NCBI GenBank assembly: GCA_041583775.1
Contig: JBFHFF010000002.1
Location: 274 to 64,273 of the forward strand
From: Candidatus Moraniibacteriota bacterium
GTDB taxonomy: Bacteria > Patescibacteriota > Minisyncoccia > Moranbacterales > DUUL01
Length of the DNA: 64,000 bases
Direction: 5' to 3'
Made by a program: the position numbers and the translations under genes
Notes under the pieces: model-generated
Told to the model about the DNA's origin: nothing
Databases searched by the model: none
What the model saw: the letters and a program-made list of their open reading frames with translations, nothing else
Shown: positions 19,623 to 29,700 of the stretch, piece by piece
How positions within the stretch are numbered: the stretch's first letter is position 1
Layout: each line of letters begins with the position of its first letter

Positions 19623-21224
19623 ATGCATGATTTCAATATTAGAATGATCAAAACAACTATTGTTTTAACGGTTTTCTCAATTGTTGTCATTATGATAAGT
19701 GGAATGAAAATGTTAGAAAACAACTACTATTGGAGAAATCAATATTTTCTAATGCAACTTGATTATGCAAAAAACAAATTAGCTTTTTTTGAATATAAAA
19801 ACAACGGATGGTTGGGCTGGACAAAAAATAAAAAATCAGACAATAGTGACTTAAGTCTACAATCCAAAAATGAAACTGGCTCAATCCCAATTCTTTTATA
19901 TCATGGTGTCATCAAAGACAAAAAATGGAAACCTGATGAAGTAAATGTTAGTTTAGAAGATTTTAGAGAGCATATGTTTGCTCTTAAAAAAGCTGGCTAT
20001 CAAACAATTAGCATTGCGGACTATATCGCTTTTTCTAAAAAAGAAAAAGCCTTGCCACCAAAAGTTTTTTTACTAACTTTTGATGATGGACGGAAGGATA
20101 GCTACTATCCTGTTGATCCGATCCTGAGAGCATTAGGGTTCACTGCTGTGATGCATATTATCACTGGAAGATCTTTGGGTGAAAAAAACAGCGATGGAGT
20201 TTTTCATCTTTCGGAATTAGAACTTGAAAAAATGATTGATAGCGGTCGCTGGGAGATGGAATCACATGGCAAAGAAGATCATGGGATGGAAATTATCAAT
20301 GCACAAGGAGATAAGGGACATTTTTTAAGCAATAAGTTATGGCTTGAAAAAGAAAGTAGATTAGAAACGAAACTTGAATATGAAAATAGAATCAAAAAAG
20401 ACCTATTGGAATCAAAAAATGAATTAGAAAAAAAACTAGAAATTTCAACGCTAGCGTTTGCATACCCTTTTGGAGACCACGGACAAGCCAGTGTTAATTT
20501 CCCAGAAAGTGATGAATTTTTAGTCCCAACAGCTAATGCCATTTTTCCTGTCACATTTTATCAAGCGGGTAGTAGCGAATTTCCAGTAAATTATCCCGGA
20601 GAGGGTTATTCTCTTACAAAAAGAATCAATGTGAATTCTGATGTTTCAGCCACAAAACTCCTATGGATAATGGAGAAAACACAAAACAAATCGCTTGATT
20701 ATCAAGATGATTTTTCAACTAATAACGGTTGGATGCCTGGTTGGGGACTGATCAGCGTTGCAAGAAATACTTTAGCTATTAGCCCCACAAAAACTGAAGA
20801 TAGTGCACTTACTTTTTTAGGAGGATCTTATTTATGGGAAGATTATCTTTTCGAAGCTGATGTGAGAATAAAAAACGGCAATGCATTTACTTTGAACGGC
20901 AGGTATAAAGATGGAAATAATTACATATCCTGCAATTACTATACTAATCGCATTGTTTTACAGCAAAGAGTAGCCGGCGCAAATAGCGAAGAAATTGAAG
21001 ATTCATTACCAACCAATTTAAGTAGTTCCAAGAAAATTAGAGTAGGGATTTCAATAATAGACAACACCGCTAGTTGTTTCTTGAACGGAAAAAAAATAAT
21101 AACTGGAGAAATTAATACAAAATCAAATCATGGCGGAATAAGTTTTGATGTCTGGAGTTCAATTCCAAACAAAAAAGCATTTTTATTCGTCAACGATTTA
21201 AAAGTATCTAAAATTTCGAAGTAA
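19623..21224 (+). CDS. polysaccharide deacetylase (NodB/PgaB/IcaB-like) with a C-terminal beta-sandwich (lectin/LamG-like) domain
   Basis: 533 aa. N-terminal TM helix. LLYHGV, LLTFDDGRKDSYYPVDPILRALGF and ESHGKEDH are NodB-homology motifs. The C-terminal ~170 aa resemble the C-terminal domain of the next gene. Confidence 0.75.
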   Translation: MHDFNIRMIKTTIVLTVFSIVVIMISGMKMLENNYYWRNQYFLMQLDYAKNKLAFFEYKNNGWLGWTKNKKSDNSDLSLQSKNETGSIPILLYHGVIKDKKWKPDEVNVSLEDFREHMFALKKAGYQTISIADYIAFSKKEKALPPKVFLLTFDDGRKDSYYPVDPILRALGFTAVMHIITGRSLGEKNSDGVFHLSELELEKMIDSGRWEMESHGKEDHGMEIINAQGDKGHFLSNKLWLEKESRLETKLEYENRIKKDLLESKNELEKKLEISTLAFAYPFGDHGQASVNFPESDEFLVPTANAIFPVTFYQAGSSEFPVNYPGEGYSLTKRINVNSDVSATKLLWIMEKTQNKSLDYQDDFSTNNGWMPGWGLISVARNTLAISPTKTEDSALTFLGGSYLWEDYLFEADVRIKNGNAFTLNGRYKDGNNYISCNYYTNRIVLQQRVAGANSEEIEDSLPTNLSSSKKIRVGISIIDNTASCFLNGKKIITGEINTKSNHGGISFDVWSSIPNKKAFLFVNDLKVSKISK

Positions 21225-21355
21225 TCTATTGCTTGAATAAATCACAATTTTAGTTCAAAATATAAATAGGGAAATTTAAATCTATTTTTTTAGTTTTTCA
21301 ATCAACAGTAAAAAATATTGAAATTTACTAGCTATTATTTTATCAATGACTTTAT

Positions 21356-22423
21356 TTGTCAATGAAGGAAAAAGAAACAAAAATCATCGAACAAAAAACA
21401 ACACTTCGGGATATTAAAAAAAAGGATCTCGCTGTGCAAACAAAAAAAACTTCTATTAGAAATAAATCCTTTAGAAATAAATTTTTTTTAAAGTTGTTTA
21501 TATTAGTTATCCCAGTAATATCTTTAGCTTTGTATATGGCTTTTTTGTTTATTTCAAACAAAGATGATAGTATCATAACCTCCCAAGAACTAAATAAAAA
21601 ATTTTCATACTATACACATAAAATTAAAAATTCACTTTCTTTTTCAAACATTTATTTAGACGAAAATGATATTTCCACTAAAAAAACTGACAGTGAATTA
21701 GAGCTTCCAAGAGAAACACTTGAGGAAAGCTCTACAATGGAAAAAAGTAAAAATAAAAATTGGTGGTTAAATTCTGGAGGTATTATGTATTTTCAAGAAA
21801 ATGGATTCAGTACTAATATTGGATCTCTTTCGGAAGATTCTATTTGGAGAAAATTATATGCAAAAAGCAACCCACGAGATACAGATAACGGCTGCTTCCC
21901 ACAAAATATTTTTCGTTTAGTAAATAAACAAAAATTCAAAAATTTTTCTCAATCAGTATACTTTGATATAAAAAAAATAAATTTAAGCGAGAGTGAATAT
22001 CGAAACGAATCAAATGGCGTGTTGCTTTTCAATCGTTATCAAGACGGAGACAATCTATATTATACTGGTATAAGAGTTGATGGACATATTGTTGTTAAGA
22101 AAAAAATAGATGGCGATTACTTTACTATGATTGAAAAAAATATTTTCAAAAATAAAAATAAATATGATAAGGAAAACAACCCAAATCTTATCCCTCAAAA
22201 CAGCTGGATTGGAATTAAAAGCCAACTGATAAATACCGATTCTGACGAAGTCGAAATCAAGGTTTTTGTTGATTTTGGTGAGGGAAAGTGGGAATTAGTT
22301 GTTGAAACAATAGACAGAGAAGATAAATATGGTAATACACCATTCCTAGAAAAGGGCTTTGTAGGAATCAGAACTGACTTTATGGATGTAAATTTTAAAA
22401 ACTACACCATAGAAAATAAATAA
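21356..22423 (+). CDS. membrane-anchored protein with an extracellular beta-sandwich (LamG/DUF1080-like) domain
   Basis: 355 aa. Lys-rich cytoplasmic N-terminus, one TM helix, and a C-terminal domain paralogous to the tail of 19623-21224 (e.g. NGVLLFNRYQDGDNLYYTGIRVDGHIV versus FTLNGRYKDGNNYISCNYYTNRIVL). Confidence 0.5.
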   Translation: MSMKEKETKIIEQKTTLRDIKKKDLAVQTKKTSIRNKSFRNKFFLKLFILVIPVISLALYMAFLFISNKDDSIITSQELNKKFSYYTHKIKNSLSFSNIYLDENDISTKKTDSELELPRETLEESSTMEKSKNKNWWLNSGGIMYFQENGFSTNIGSLSEDSIWRKLYAKSNPRDTDNGCFPQNIFRLVNKQKFKNFSQSVYFDIKKINLSESEYRNESNGVLLFNRYQDGDNLYYTGIRVDGHIVVKKKIDGDYFTMIEKNIFKNKNKYDKENNPNLIPQNSWIGIKSQLINTDSDEVEIKVFVDFGEGKWELVVETIDREDKYGNTPFLEKGFVGIRTDFMDVNFKNYTIENK

Positions 22424-22459
22424 CATTTCATTCCCAAAAAATACAATAAAAATAAAAAT

Positions 22460-23245
22460 TTACTTTTTAAAAAAAATAAACACACTACCTAAAAAAATAA
22501 ATGATAAATAAAACATCGGATAAAATAAAAAAGGCATATCAAATGTTTCTGGTGGTACTCTCAAAAAATTATTTACCAACCTAAAGAAAGAAAAACTCGT
22601 AGCAAAAATCAGAAAAGCAATTCCTGACTTCACTTGCTTTTTAATTAACCAAAAAGCAAGTGTCGATCCCAGCAAAGCTGCGAATAATTCATAAAGCTGA
22701 GTTGGATGTACAGCGACAGGACCACTTAAAAATCCCAAAGGATAATTGGCCATTTGATGAATATGCGCCCTACTGAGGTCGGGGAAATTAACACCCCAAG
22801 GAACTGTAGTTGCTTTACCGAAACAACAACCATTTAAAAAACATCCTACTCGCATCAAAGCAATAGCAAACCCCAAAAAGATTGCAGTACTGTCAGCCAT
22901 TTTCCAAACATTTAATTTAACAATTCTACAATACAAATAACCTAGTGGCACTGCCAAAACTGCTCCAAAGACTGAGAATCCTTGTAACTTAAAAGACCAA
23001 AGTCTTTGCAAATTTTCTGCATAAAAATCCCAATTAACCAAGCCATTTAGGGCTCTAGCCCCCAAAATGCCCGCCGACACCAAAACCATCAAACAACCAA
23101 AAACTTTTTTACTATTCAATTTCATTTGGCGCGTAGCAAAAAAATAACCTCCAGACAAAAATACGAAAAGAGCCAACCAAAAAAACATTGCATAGGCACT
23201 TATATCAACTGGGTAGATAAATTTAAAAGAAAAATTTGGATACAT
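22460..23245 (-). CDS. lgt: prolipoprotein diacylglyceryl transferase
   Basis: 261 aa, polytopic. Lgt signature ...GARALNGLV... and HPTQLYE. Confidence 0.85.
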   Translation of the reverse strand: MYPNFSFKFIYPVDISAYAMFFWLALFVFLSGGYFFATRQMKLNSKKVFGCLMVLVSAGILGARALNGLVNWDFYAENLQRLWSFKLQGFSVFGAVLAVPLGYLYCRIVKLNVWKMADSTAIFLGFAIALMRVGCFLNGCCFGKATTVPWGVNFPDLSRAHIHQMANYPLGFLSGPVAVHPTQLYELFAALLGSTLAFWLIKKQVKSGIAFLIFATSFSFFRLVNNFLRVPPETFDMPFLFYPMFYLSFIFLGSVFIFFKK

Positions 23246-23274
23246 TTTTCAATTTAATTATACAAAATTCGGTG

Positions 23275-25326
23275 CTATTTTCCTTTCTTTAAACTCACGG
23301 AAGCTGTTATTTTTGCCTTACCTTCTTCATAAGATATTACCACTGTTCCTTCTGCTGAATAACCTCCCTCATTTTCACTAATTACTAAATTCATATTTCC
23401 AGTAGCTCCTTTTTCAGATATTGGTGCAGAAATAACTCCACCTTGATAAGAAAAAGTAGAGCTCCGCTTTTCATCTCCTGCTCCATAGCTTATAATTCCA
23501 GAATTTTCTCCACTTGGAGAAATATTGATAGAAAATGGATTTGCTTGACCTATTAAATCTTCAAGGTTCATACTAAAATCACACTCTCCTTCTTCAGAGT
23601 CTTTTTTCTCTGTATTATTTTCAGATTTTTGTTTTAAATCTTCAGAAACATACACATCAGTGATTGTTATGGCTCCTCCCCAATCACCTTTTAAATTTTC
23701 AAGATCTGGATAAGGATTGATTCCAAAATTACTCTGCAAATATTCTTTGTATTTTTCTTTTCCATCAGGTTTCGAAAAATAAATACTTGCTCCCAATGCT
23801 ATACTTTTTGATGTTATAGCACCTTCTTTGAGAGTTACATCTTTATCCAAAACTTCAGTTTTTTTTGTATCTCTAATCATTTTTTTAGCAAAATGATTAA
23901 GCAATTCTAATTTCTGTTCAAATTCCGTATCCTTTCCCAACTCATCACGATTAAACATACCTTTTTCCTTAAAGGCTTTCATTAAAATCCTGAGTTGATT
24001 CTCGGCCTTTTCTATTTCCTCATCTTTTTTCGCTCTTTCCTCAAATTGCTTACGATATTTCTCTTTTAATGAGGCACGCATCAACTCTTCCTGCTTTTCT
24101 GTTAACTCTGGCATCCCAGCATCTTCTCTATATCCATTTTCTTTTTTAATCATCTCTAGCTCAAGCTGACGACGCACTCCACGCATTTGAAGCCAAACCC
24201 CATTAAAATCTCCGGGGTCAACATTATACCCCCAAAAAACTCCATCTGCTCCTTTTTTATATGCTTCATAGGCAGCTTCTACTTCAGAGTTTTTCCAGCT
24301 CTGAATCTGGTAATCCACCATTTCCACAGCAATTTTTCCAGCTGTAGTAATTAAAAATTTATCAGCAATTTGCTCACCAATTATTTTCGCCGCCTCCTTA
24401 TATTGTCCCTCTGCTGCATATCCAGCAGCTTGACTAACTTTGGCAATATCATCTGCCGAACCAACTACATCTCCTAACGCTTTAGAAAAAATTGATTCAG
24501 GAACATTTTCTGCGATTTTCTCACCCGCCAATAATGCCAATTTCTGACTTGCATCAGCAGTATTGCCTTTTTGATATTCGTCATAAATATCTTTATAACT
24601 ATCAGAATTTAACAATTCGCTCATTACCTTTCCTCTAGAACTTTCATCGGTAATACCCATTTTAACCATAATCATATCAGTAATTTGGCTTGCGACATTG
24701 TCCATTTCATTATTAATCTGATCTCGCAACACATTGTCTACGGCCTGTGAATGAATCCAGTCTTCTGTGATTTTAGTTTCATCTTTAATTTTGACAGGGC
24801 CAAGCAAACTAAAATGATATGTTTCGAAAGTTATAAATCCTTTTTCCTTATCAACTTCAGTTGATTTTACATAATCCCATTTCTCTCCATCATAATAAGC
24901 AACTCTTACTTGATAAATCCCTTCTTCTTTTGGAAGTTCATTTGGATCAAATTTAAAAGTAATTATTGCTTTTTCATTCATCCTTTTATTTTCACCAGCA
25001 GAAATATCAATTGGTGATCCTAATGGCTCCATTATATCACCATTATAATCTGGCACTTCTGTGGGATTAGCAAGGGACACTTCCGCATTCTCATCAAACG
25101 AACCACCTGAAACAACAAAAGAGACTTTATTATCGTCTAAGCTTCCTAAAATTAAATCTTCTTTATTATTACTAATGCCTTTAATATTATCAGGAATTGT
25201 TTTCTCAAAATTCCATTTAGTTTTCGCGACACTTTTATCCTCCAAATTATTTTTATCTTTTTTGCCACATCCGAAAAAAAACATACATGCAAGAAAAACA
25301 CCAATCAAGAGAGTGATTTTTTTCAT
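23275..25326 (-). CDS. large lipoprotein, function unknown
   Basis: 683 aa. Signal peptide plus lipobox FFFGCG. Central coiled-coil-rich region. No domain recognised. Confidence 0.6.
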   Translation of the reverse strand: MKKITLLIGVFLACMFFFGCGKKDKNNLEDKSVAKTKWNFEKTIPDNIKGISNNKEDLILGSLDDNKVSFVVSGGSFDENAEVSLANPTEVPDYNGDIMEPLGSPIDISAGENKRMNEKAIITFKFDPNELPKEEGIYQVRVAYYDGEKWDYVKSTEVDKEKGFITFETYHFSLLGPVKIKDETKITEDWIHSQAVDNVLRDQINNEMDNVASQITDMIMVKMGITDESSRGKVMSELLNSDSYKDIYDEYQKGNTADASQKLALLAGEKIAENVPESIFSKALGDVVGSADDIAKVSQAAGYAAEGQYKEAAKIIGEQIADKFLITTAGKIAVEMVDYQIQSWKNSEVEAAYEAYKKGADGVFWGYNVDPGDFNGVWLQMRGVRRQLELEMIKKENGYREDAGMPELTEKQEELMRASLKEKYRKQFEERAKKDEEIEKAENQLRILMKAFKEKGMFNRDELGKDTEFEQKLELLNHFAKKMIRDTKKTEVLDKDVTLKEGAITSKSIALGASIYFSKPDGKEKYKEYLQSNFGINPYPDLENLKGDWGGAITITDVYVSEDLKQKSENNTEKKDSEEGECDFSMNLEDLIGQANPFSINISPSGENSGIISYGAGDEKRSSTFSYQGGVISAPISEKGATGNMNLVISENEGGYSAEGTVVISYEEGKAKITASVSLKKGK

Positions 25327-25488
25327 AAATATTTTTTATTATTTAAATTAAAAGTTCCTATCTATAACCTATTTTAATTTATTTTATGAATTTTTGGAAG
25401 AATGTATTTTTTATAGGCGTTCTTTATTCAACTCAAAAACACCGCTCGATTAGAAGCGGTGTTTTTATTAAAAGAACTATGTCTAAAA

Positions 25489-26145
25489 CTAGCTATTTTT
25501 CTTAGTGCAAAGATACCAATCATGACAAGTATAGTCTTTGTTAGACTCATTTTTAACAGCATCGTCCATTGAAGCTGCTGGAGGAATAATTACATCGTCC
25601 CCAAAACGAGAATTCTTAGGCCAAGATTCTGGCGTTGCAACTTTATCATTATATGTTTTTTGTAGAGCCTTAACTAAGCGTAAAATTTCTTTAATGTCTC
25701 TTCCGTTACTAAGAGGATAGTAGATCATTGCAGATATTTTTCCCTCAGGATTCACCACAAACACAGCACGCACAGCTACACTGGAGTCAATTGCATGAAT
25801 CATTCCATATAGATGTGCTACTTGTGGACCAGCAATAATCGGAAACTTAATATCAACATCAAAATTCTTCTTAATGTTACGAACCCATTCAATATGAGAA
25901 TGAATTCCATCAACTGAATATCCTAGCAATTCTGTGTTAATTTTCAAGAATTCACTATGCAGGTCTTGAAATCCTAAAAATTCAGTTGTGCAAACTGGTG
26001 TGAAATCAGCTGGATGTGAAAAAAGTACCGTCCACTTTCCCTTAAAATCCTCCGGAAAAGATACTGATCCGTGTGTTGTTTGTGCTTTAAAATGTGGTGC
26101 ATCCTCACCAATTAGTGGCATGCGAAAACCTTCTATTCCTTGCAT
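25489..26145 (-). CDS. peroxiredoxin (AhpC/TSA family, Prx6/1-Cys-like)
   Basis: 218 aa with the peroxidatic motif FTPVCTTEF. The true start may be the internal Met at MPLIGEDAPHF. Confidence 0.9.
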   Translation of the reverse strand: MQGIEGFRMPLIGEDAPHFKAQTTHGSVSFPEDFKGKWTVLFSHPADFTPVCTTEFLGFQDLHSEFLKINTELLGYSVDGIHSHIEWVRNIKKNFDVDIKFPIIAGPQVAHLYGMIHAIDSSVAVRAVFVVNPEGKISAMIYYPLSNGRDIKEILRLVKALQKTYNDKVATPESWPKNSRFGDDVIIPPAASMDDAVKNESNKDYTCHDWYLCTKKNS

Positions 26146-26167
26146 AAATTTTGTATTATTATATTAT

Positions 26168-26194
26168 TAGTAATGATAATGATTATCATTACTA
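26168..26194. promoter_or_regulatory. perfect 27-bp palindrome, Fur-box-like operator
   Basis: TAGTAATGATAATGATTATCATTACTA resembles the Fur box GATAATGATAATCATTATC. It sits between the divergent peroxiredoxin and Fur-family regulator genes. Confidence 0.65.
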
Positions 26195-26201
26195 TATTAA
26201 A

Positions 26202-26220
26202 TTTAGCACATTGTGCTAAA
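26202..26220. promoter_or_regulatory. second 19-bp palindrome in the same intergenic region
   Basis: TTTAGCACA-T-TGTGCTAAA. Confidence 0.45.
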
Positions 26221-26272
26221 CTATGTCAATAAAGAAAATTTAAACAGCTCGATAATCGAATGAATAAAGCCT

Positions 26273-26641
26273 ATGAGACCAAAAATATATAATGAAGAAA
26301 TTGTAAAACTTTGCAAATACAAACACTACACCGCAATAAAAATAATTCAGCTTCTTCAAAAAAAATATCCCACCGTTGGACAAGCAACAGTGTACAGAAC
26401 GCTAAATTTTTTAGTCTCAGAAGGACTGCTTAGAAAAATAAAAGGAGTCAACTCCTGCGCATATTATGAAACTTCAATTGGAAATCATGGTCATGCCATC
26501 GACAAAAAAACTGGCAAGATTTATGATTTTGAACTTCCAAAAAATCTTCTTGAAACATTAAATATTCCTCCAAAATTTAATGTTTCAAATGCTGATATAA
26601 AGATTTACGGAAGCATAGAAACTTGCAAAAACCAAAAATAA
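26273..26641 (+). CDS. Fur-family transcriptional regulator (short, PerR/Fur-like)
   Basis: 122 aa. The DNA-binding helix QATVYRTLNFLVSEGLL is typical of the Fur family. The C-terminal metal site is reduced. Confidence 0.65.
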   Translation: MRPKIYNEEIVKLCKYKHYTAIKIIQLLQKKYPTVGQATVYRTLNFLVSEGLLRKIKGVNSCAYYETSIGNHGHAIDKKTGKIYDFELPKNLLETLNIPPKFNVSNADIKIYGSIETCKNQK

Positions 26642-26730
26642 AATAGGCATTAAATTTATTATTTCAAAAAAATACCCACCAATTAAAAATTGCTACCTCT
26701 AATTCAAAATGCACTGCTTTTAAAAAATCT

Positions 26731-29700
26731 TTAAAAAACAGATCTATCGTATTCATCTCGCATCATTTTATAATAAACCGTCGGAATAAAGAAAAGCATA
26801 ATTATACCAGAAAAGCTTAGTCCTGCAATAATTGCTCCCCCGAGTCCCTGCCAAAGAGGGTCACTGAGCGTGATGGGTGTCAATCCCACAATGGTGGTCA
26901 AGGAAGAGAGTAAAATTGGTTCCAACCTACTAGAAGCACCCTCAACAACAGAGGTGTGAAAGTCCATTCCTGATTTTCGATTTGCATTTATTTGCGAAAT
27001 AATAATAATTGCGTTATTAACAACAATTCCAAATAAAGCCAACACTCCAATCAATGCCGGAAAAGAAAGTGTTATTCCAAAAATTCCAAACATCACAAAT
27101 ACTCCACTAATCGCTAAAGGAATTGTCAAAAGCACGATTACTGCTTTACGATAAGAGTTCAAAATGACTATCAGTGTAAGAAATATCAAAATTGCCGCTA
27201 ATCCCATTCCCTGGATAATAGATGCCACTGAATCATTATTTTGTTCATTAGCCCCACCGCTTCGCCAACTATAACCAGTTGGTAAAGACATTTGATTGTC
27301 AATAATCTCACCGATTTGTTTATTAAGTTCCACCGCGTTTGTTTCTCCCACTGCACTCGCAGATAGTGTTATTGTGCGCTCATAATCTTCTCTTTTAATT
27401 TCAGACACATTCTCCTTGAGAGCTATAGTACCCAAAGAATCTAATGACACTGCCTGATTTCCATTTCCAGAAATGCGCACCCTTCCCAAATCTAAAAGGG
27501 ATGCATCTTCACTGTTAACACGCATAACTATATCTCTGTCTTGCTCAAGATCATCGAATTCAATGTCTTCTGCTATAGTGCTACCATTTGTTAATAATCT
27601 GAGTTCATTAGAAATTTGAAAATTAGAAAATCCCTCTCTGGCTAATTGATAATCGTCAGGTACAAAAACTATAGCAGCCGCAGCTGATTCTGGAGAGATA
27701 CTAATATTCTCTACAGGCAATTTTTTAATTTTTTCTTTCAATTCACTGGCTAAATCGGTAAGTTCTTTAATATTATCACCGCTAAAAACAATGGTTACAT
27801 CAGCTCCTGCGGGTGGTCCACCAGCCAATTCTAAAACCGAAACTTTCCCTTGAGTATTATTTTTTACAATTTCCAAAGTTCGCACATCTTCAGCCACAAC
27901 GCTAGATCCTCTTCCTCCATCTTCTTTCAGAGGAGCCTTAACCGTAAATAGTGCTTTATTCTCTCCTGCAGAAGAAACCCTTCCCTCTGCTCCTACTTCA
28001 TAACCTATTTGCAAAGTACCATAATCTATCCCATCAACATTAGTTATTTGAGTTAGCACTTCTTTAGAAAATTTTTCAGTATCTACAGCGTTTTTTCCCT
28101 CTGGAAGCTCCAACGAAACATAAAAATATTCGTTATCTGCTCCTGGAAAAAATTCATTTTTTACGAAACCGCCTACTACCAAGCTAACTGCAAAAATAAA
28201 AAATGCAGTCACAATGCCGATAACCTTCCAAGACAAAGATCGTGATCTCAAAACATAATCCAAAGAATCGCGATATTTTTCCTGTAAAACGGTAATATCA
28301 ATAATGTTTTTATCTTCTTTTTTATCTAATTTTACTTGTGATCTCTTTTTACGAAAATTTTTGTACAAAACTGTTCCTGAATAAAGCATTATCATGGAAA
28401 GAACCCCAGCGAGAACTGACCAAACAAGTGATAATACTAAAAACTTTTGAATTGCAATAACGATTGCTACAAAAAATAATCCCGTTAAAAACAATCCTAC
28501 TCTTTTTGGAAGATTAAAATCAAAAATCCAAATCATAAAAGGCAAAATTACAAAAAATCCCACAAAAACAGAAGCTCCCAAAACAGCACTAACCACAATA
28601 GGAAGAGGTTTTATATATTCTCCGATAATTCCACCCGCCATAAGCAATGGAACAAAGGCCCAAACTGTGGTCAGAGTTGTAGCAATTAAAGTAACAAAAA
28701 AATCCCTAAAAACTAACATACCAGTTGTGTGTGCATCAAAAGAACCTTCTTTTTTATAGGTTGTCATAGCACTAATTATAACGATAGTTACATCCACTAA
28801 AAGTCCTAGGGATAACATTAATGCAAATAAAGACAAGAAGTTTACACTAATATCTGTTATCTTCATTGCAATAAATGCAATCGCATAAATAAGAGGGATC
28901 GACATTGAAGCTATTAATGCTTGCCTTTGACCAACAAATAATGTTAATGTCACGAAAACAAGCAATATTGTAATTGAAAGGTTTCCCATTAAGTCATTAA
29001 ACTGTTTGGTTAAATCGCTATTAACATTAGTTATTTCATAAAGACTAATTTGCCCTTCATTCTCTTTAATAAATTTATCAGCTATGCCCTGGGCCGCTTT
29101 GGCAGTTTCGGATAAATCTACCCCGCTTGTACCATACACATTTAAAGTGATACTCTTTTTTATACCCTGCTTGTTTCCTATATAAGCTGGTACATTCCCT
29201 GGTACAGGCTTTTCTGCAATAACTGCTATTTCGCCCAATGGCATTATTCTTCCACCCAAATCAATGGGTAACTGACGCAAATCATCCACTTTTCGAACAG
29301 AGGCATCAATAGAAAGTGACCTTTCAATTCCTTCTCTGCCCACGGTGCCACTAGGCAGAGTAGCTAGTGCAACCTTTATAGCATTCCTAATCGCATCCAT
29401 TTGCAAATTCAAGGCATTTATTTGCTCTGGAACTATAAGAATTTGAACTTCCTTCTTGGATTGACCAGCACTCTCCACTCGATCAATTGCTTGATCAGCC
29501 TCTAACTCATCAATTAATTTTTGCATCTGGGAGCTTAATGATGTGTCACTATTGCTTTCACTGGTAAAAGCCCATTGAACAATAGGGTAATCTTCAAAAT
29601 CAACCGCCTCAGATTTTGGATCAGTAGCATCTTCAGGCAAATCTCCCACAGAATTAAGAGCAGACTCCACATCAGAAAGAGCTTTATTTTTATCAACTCC

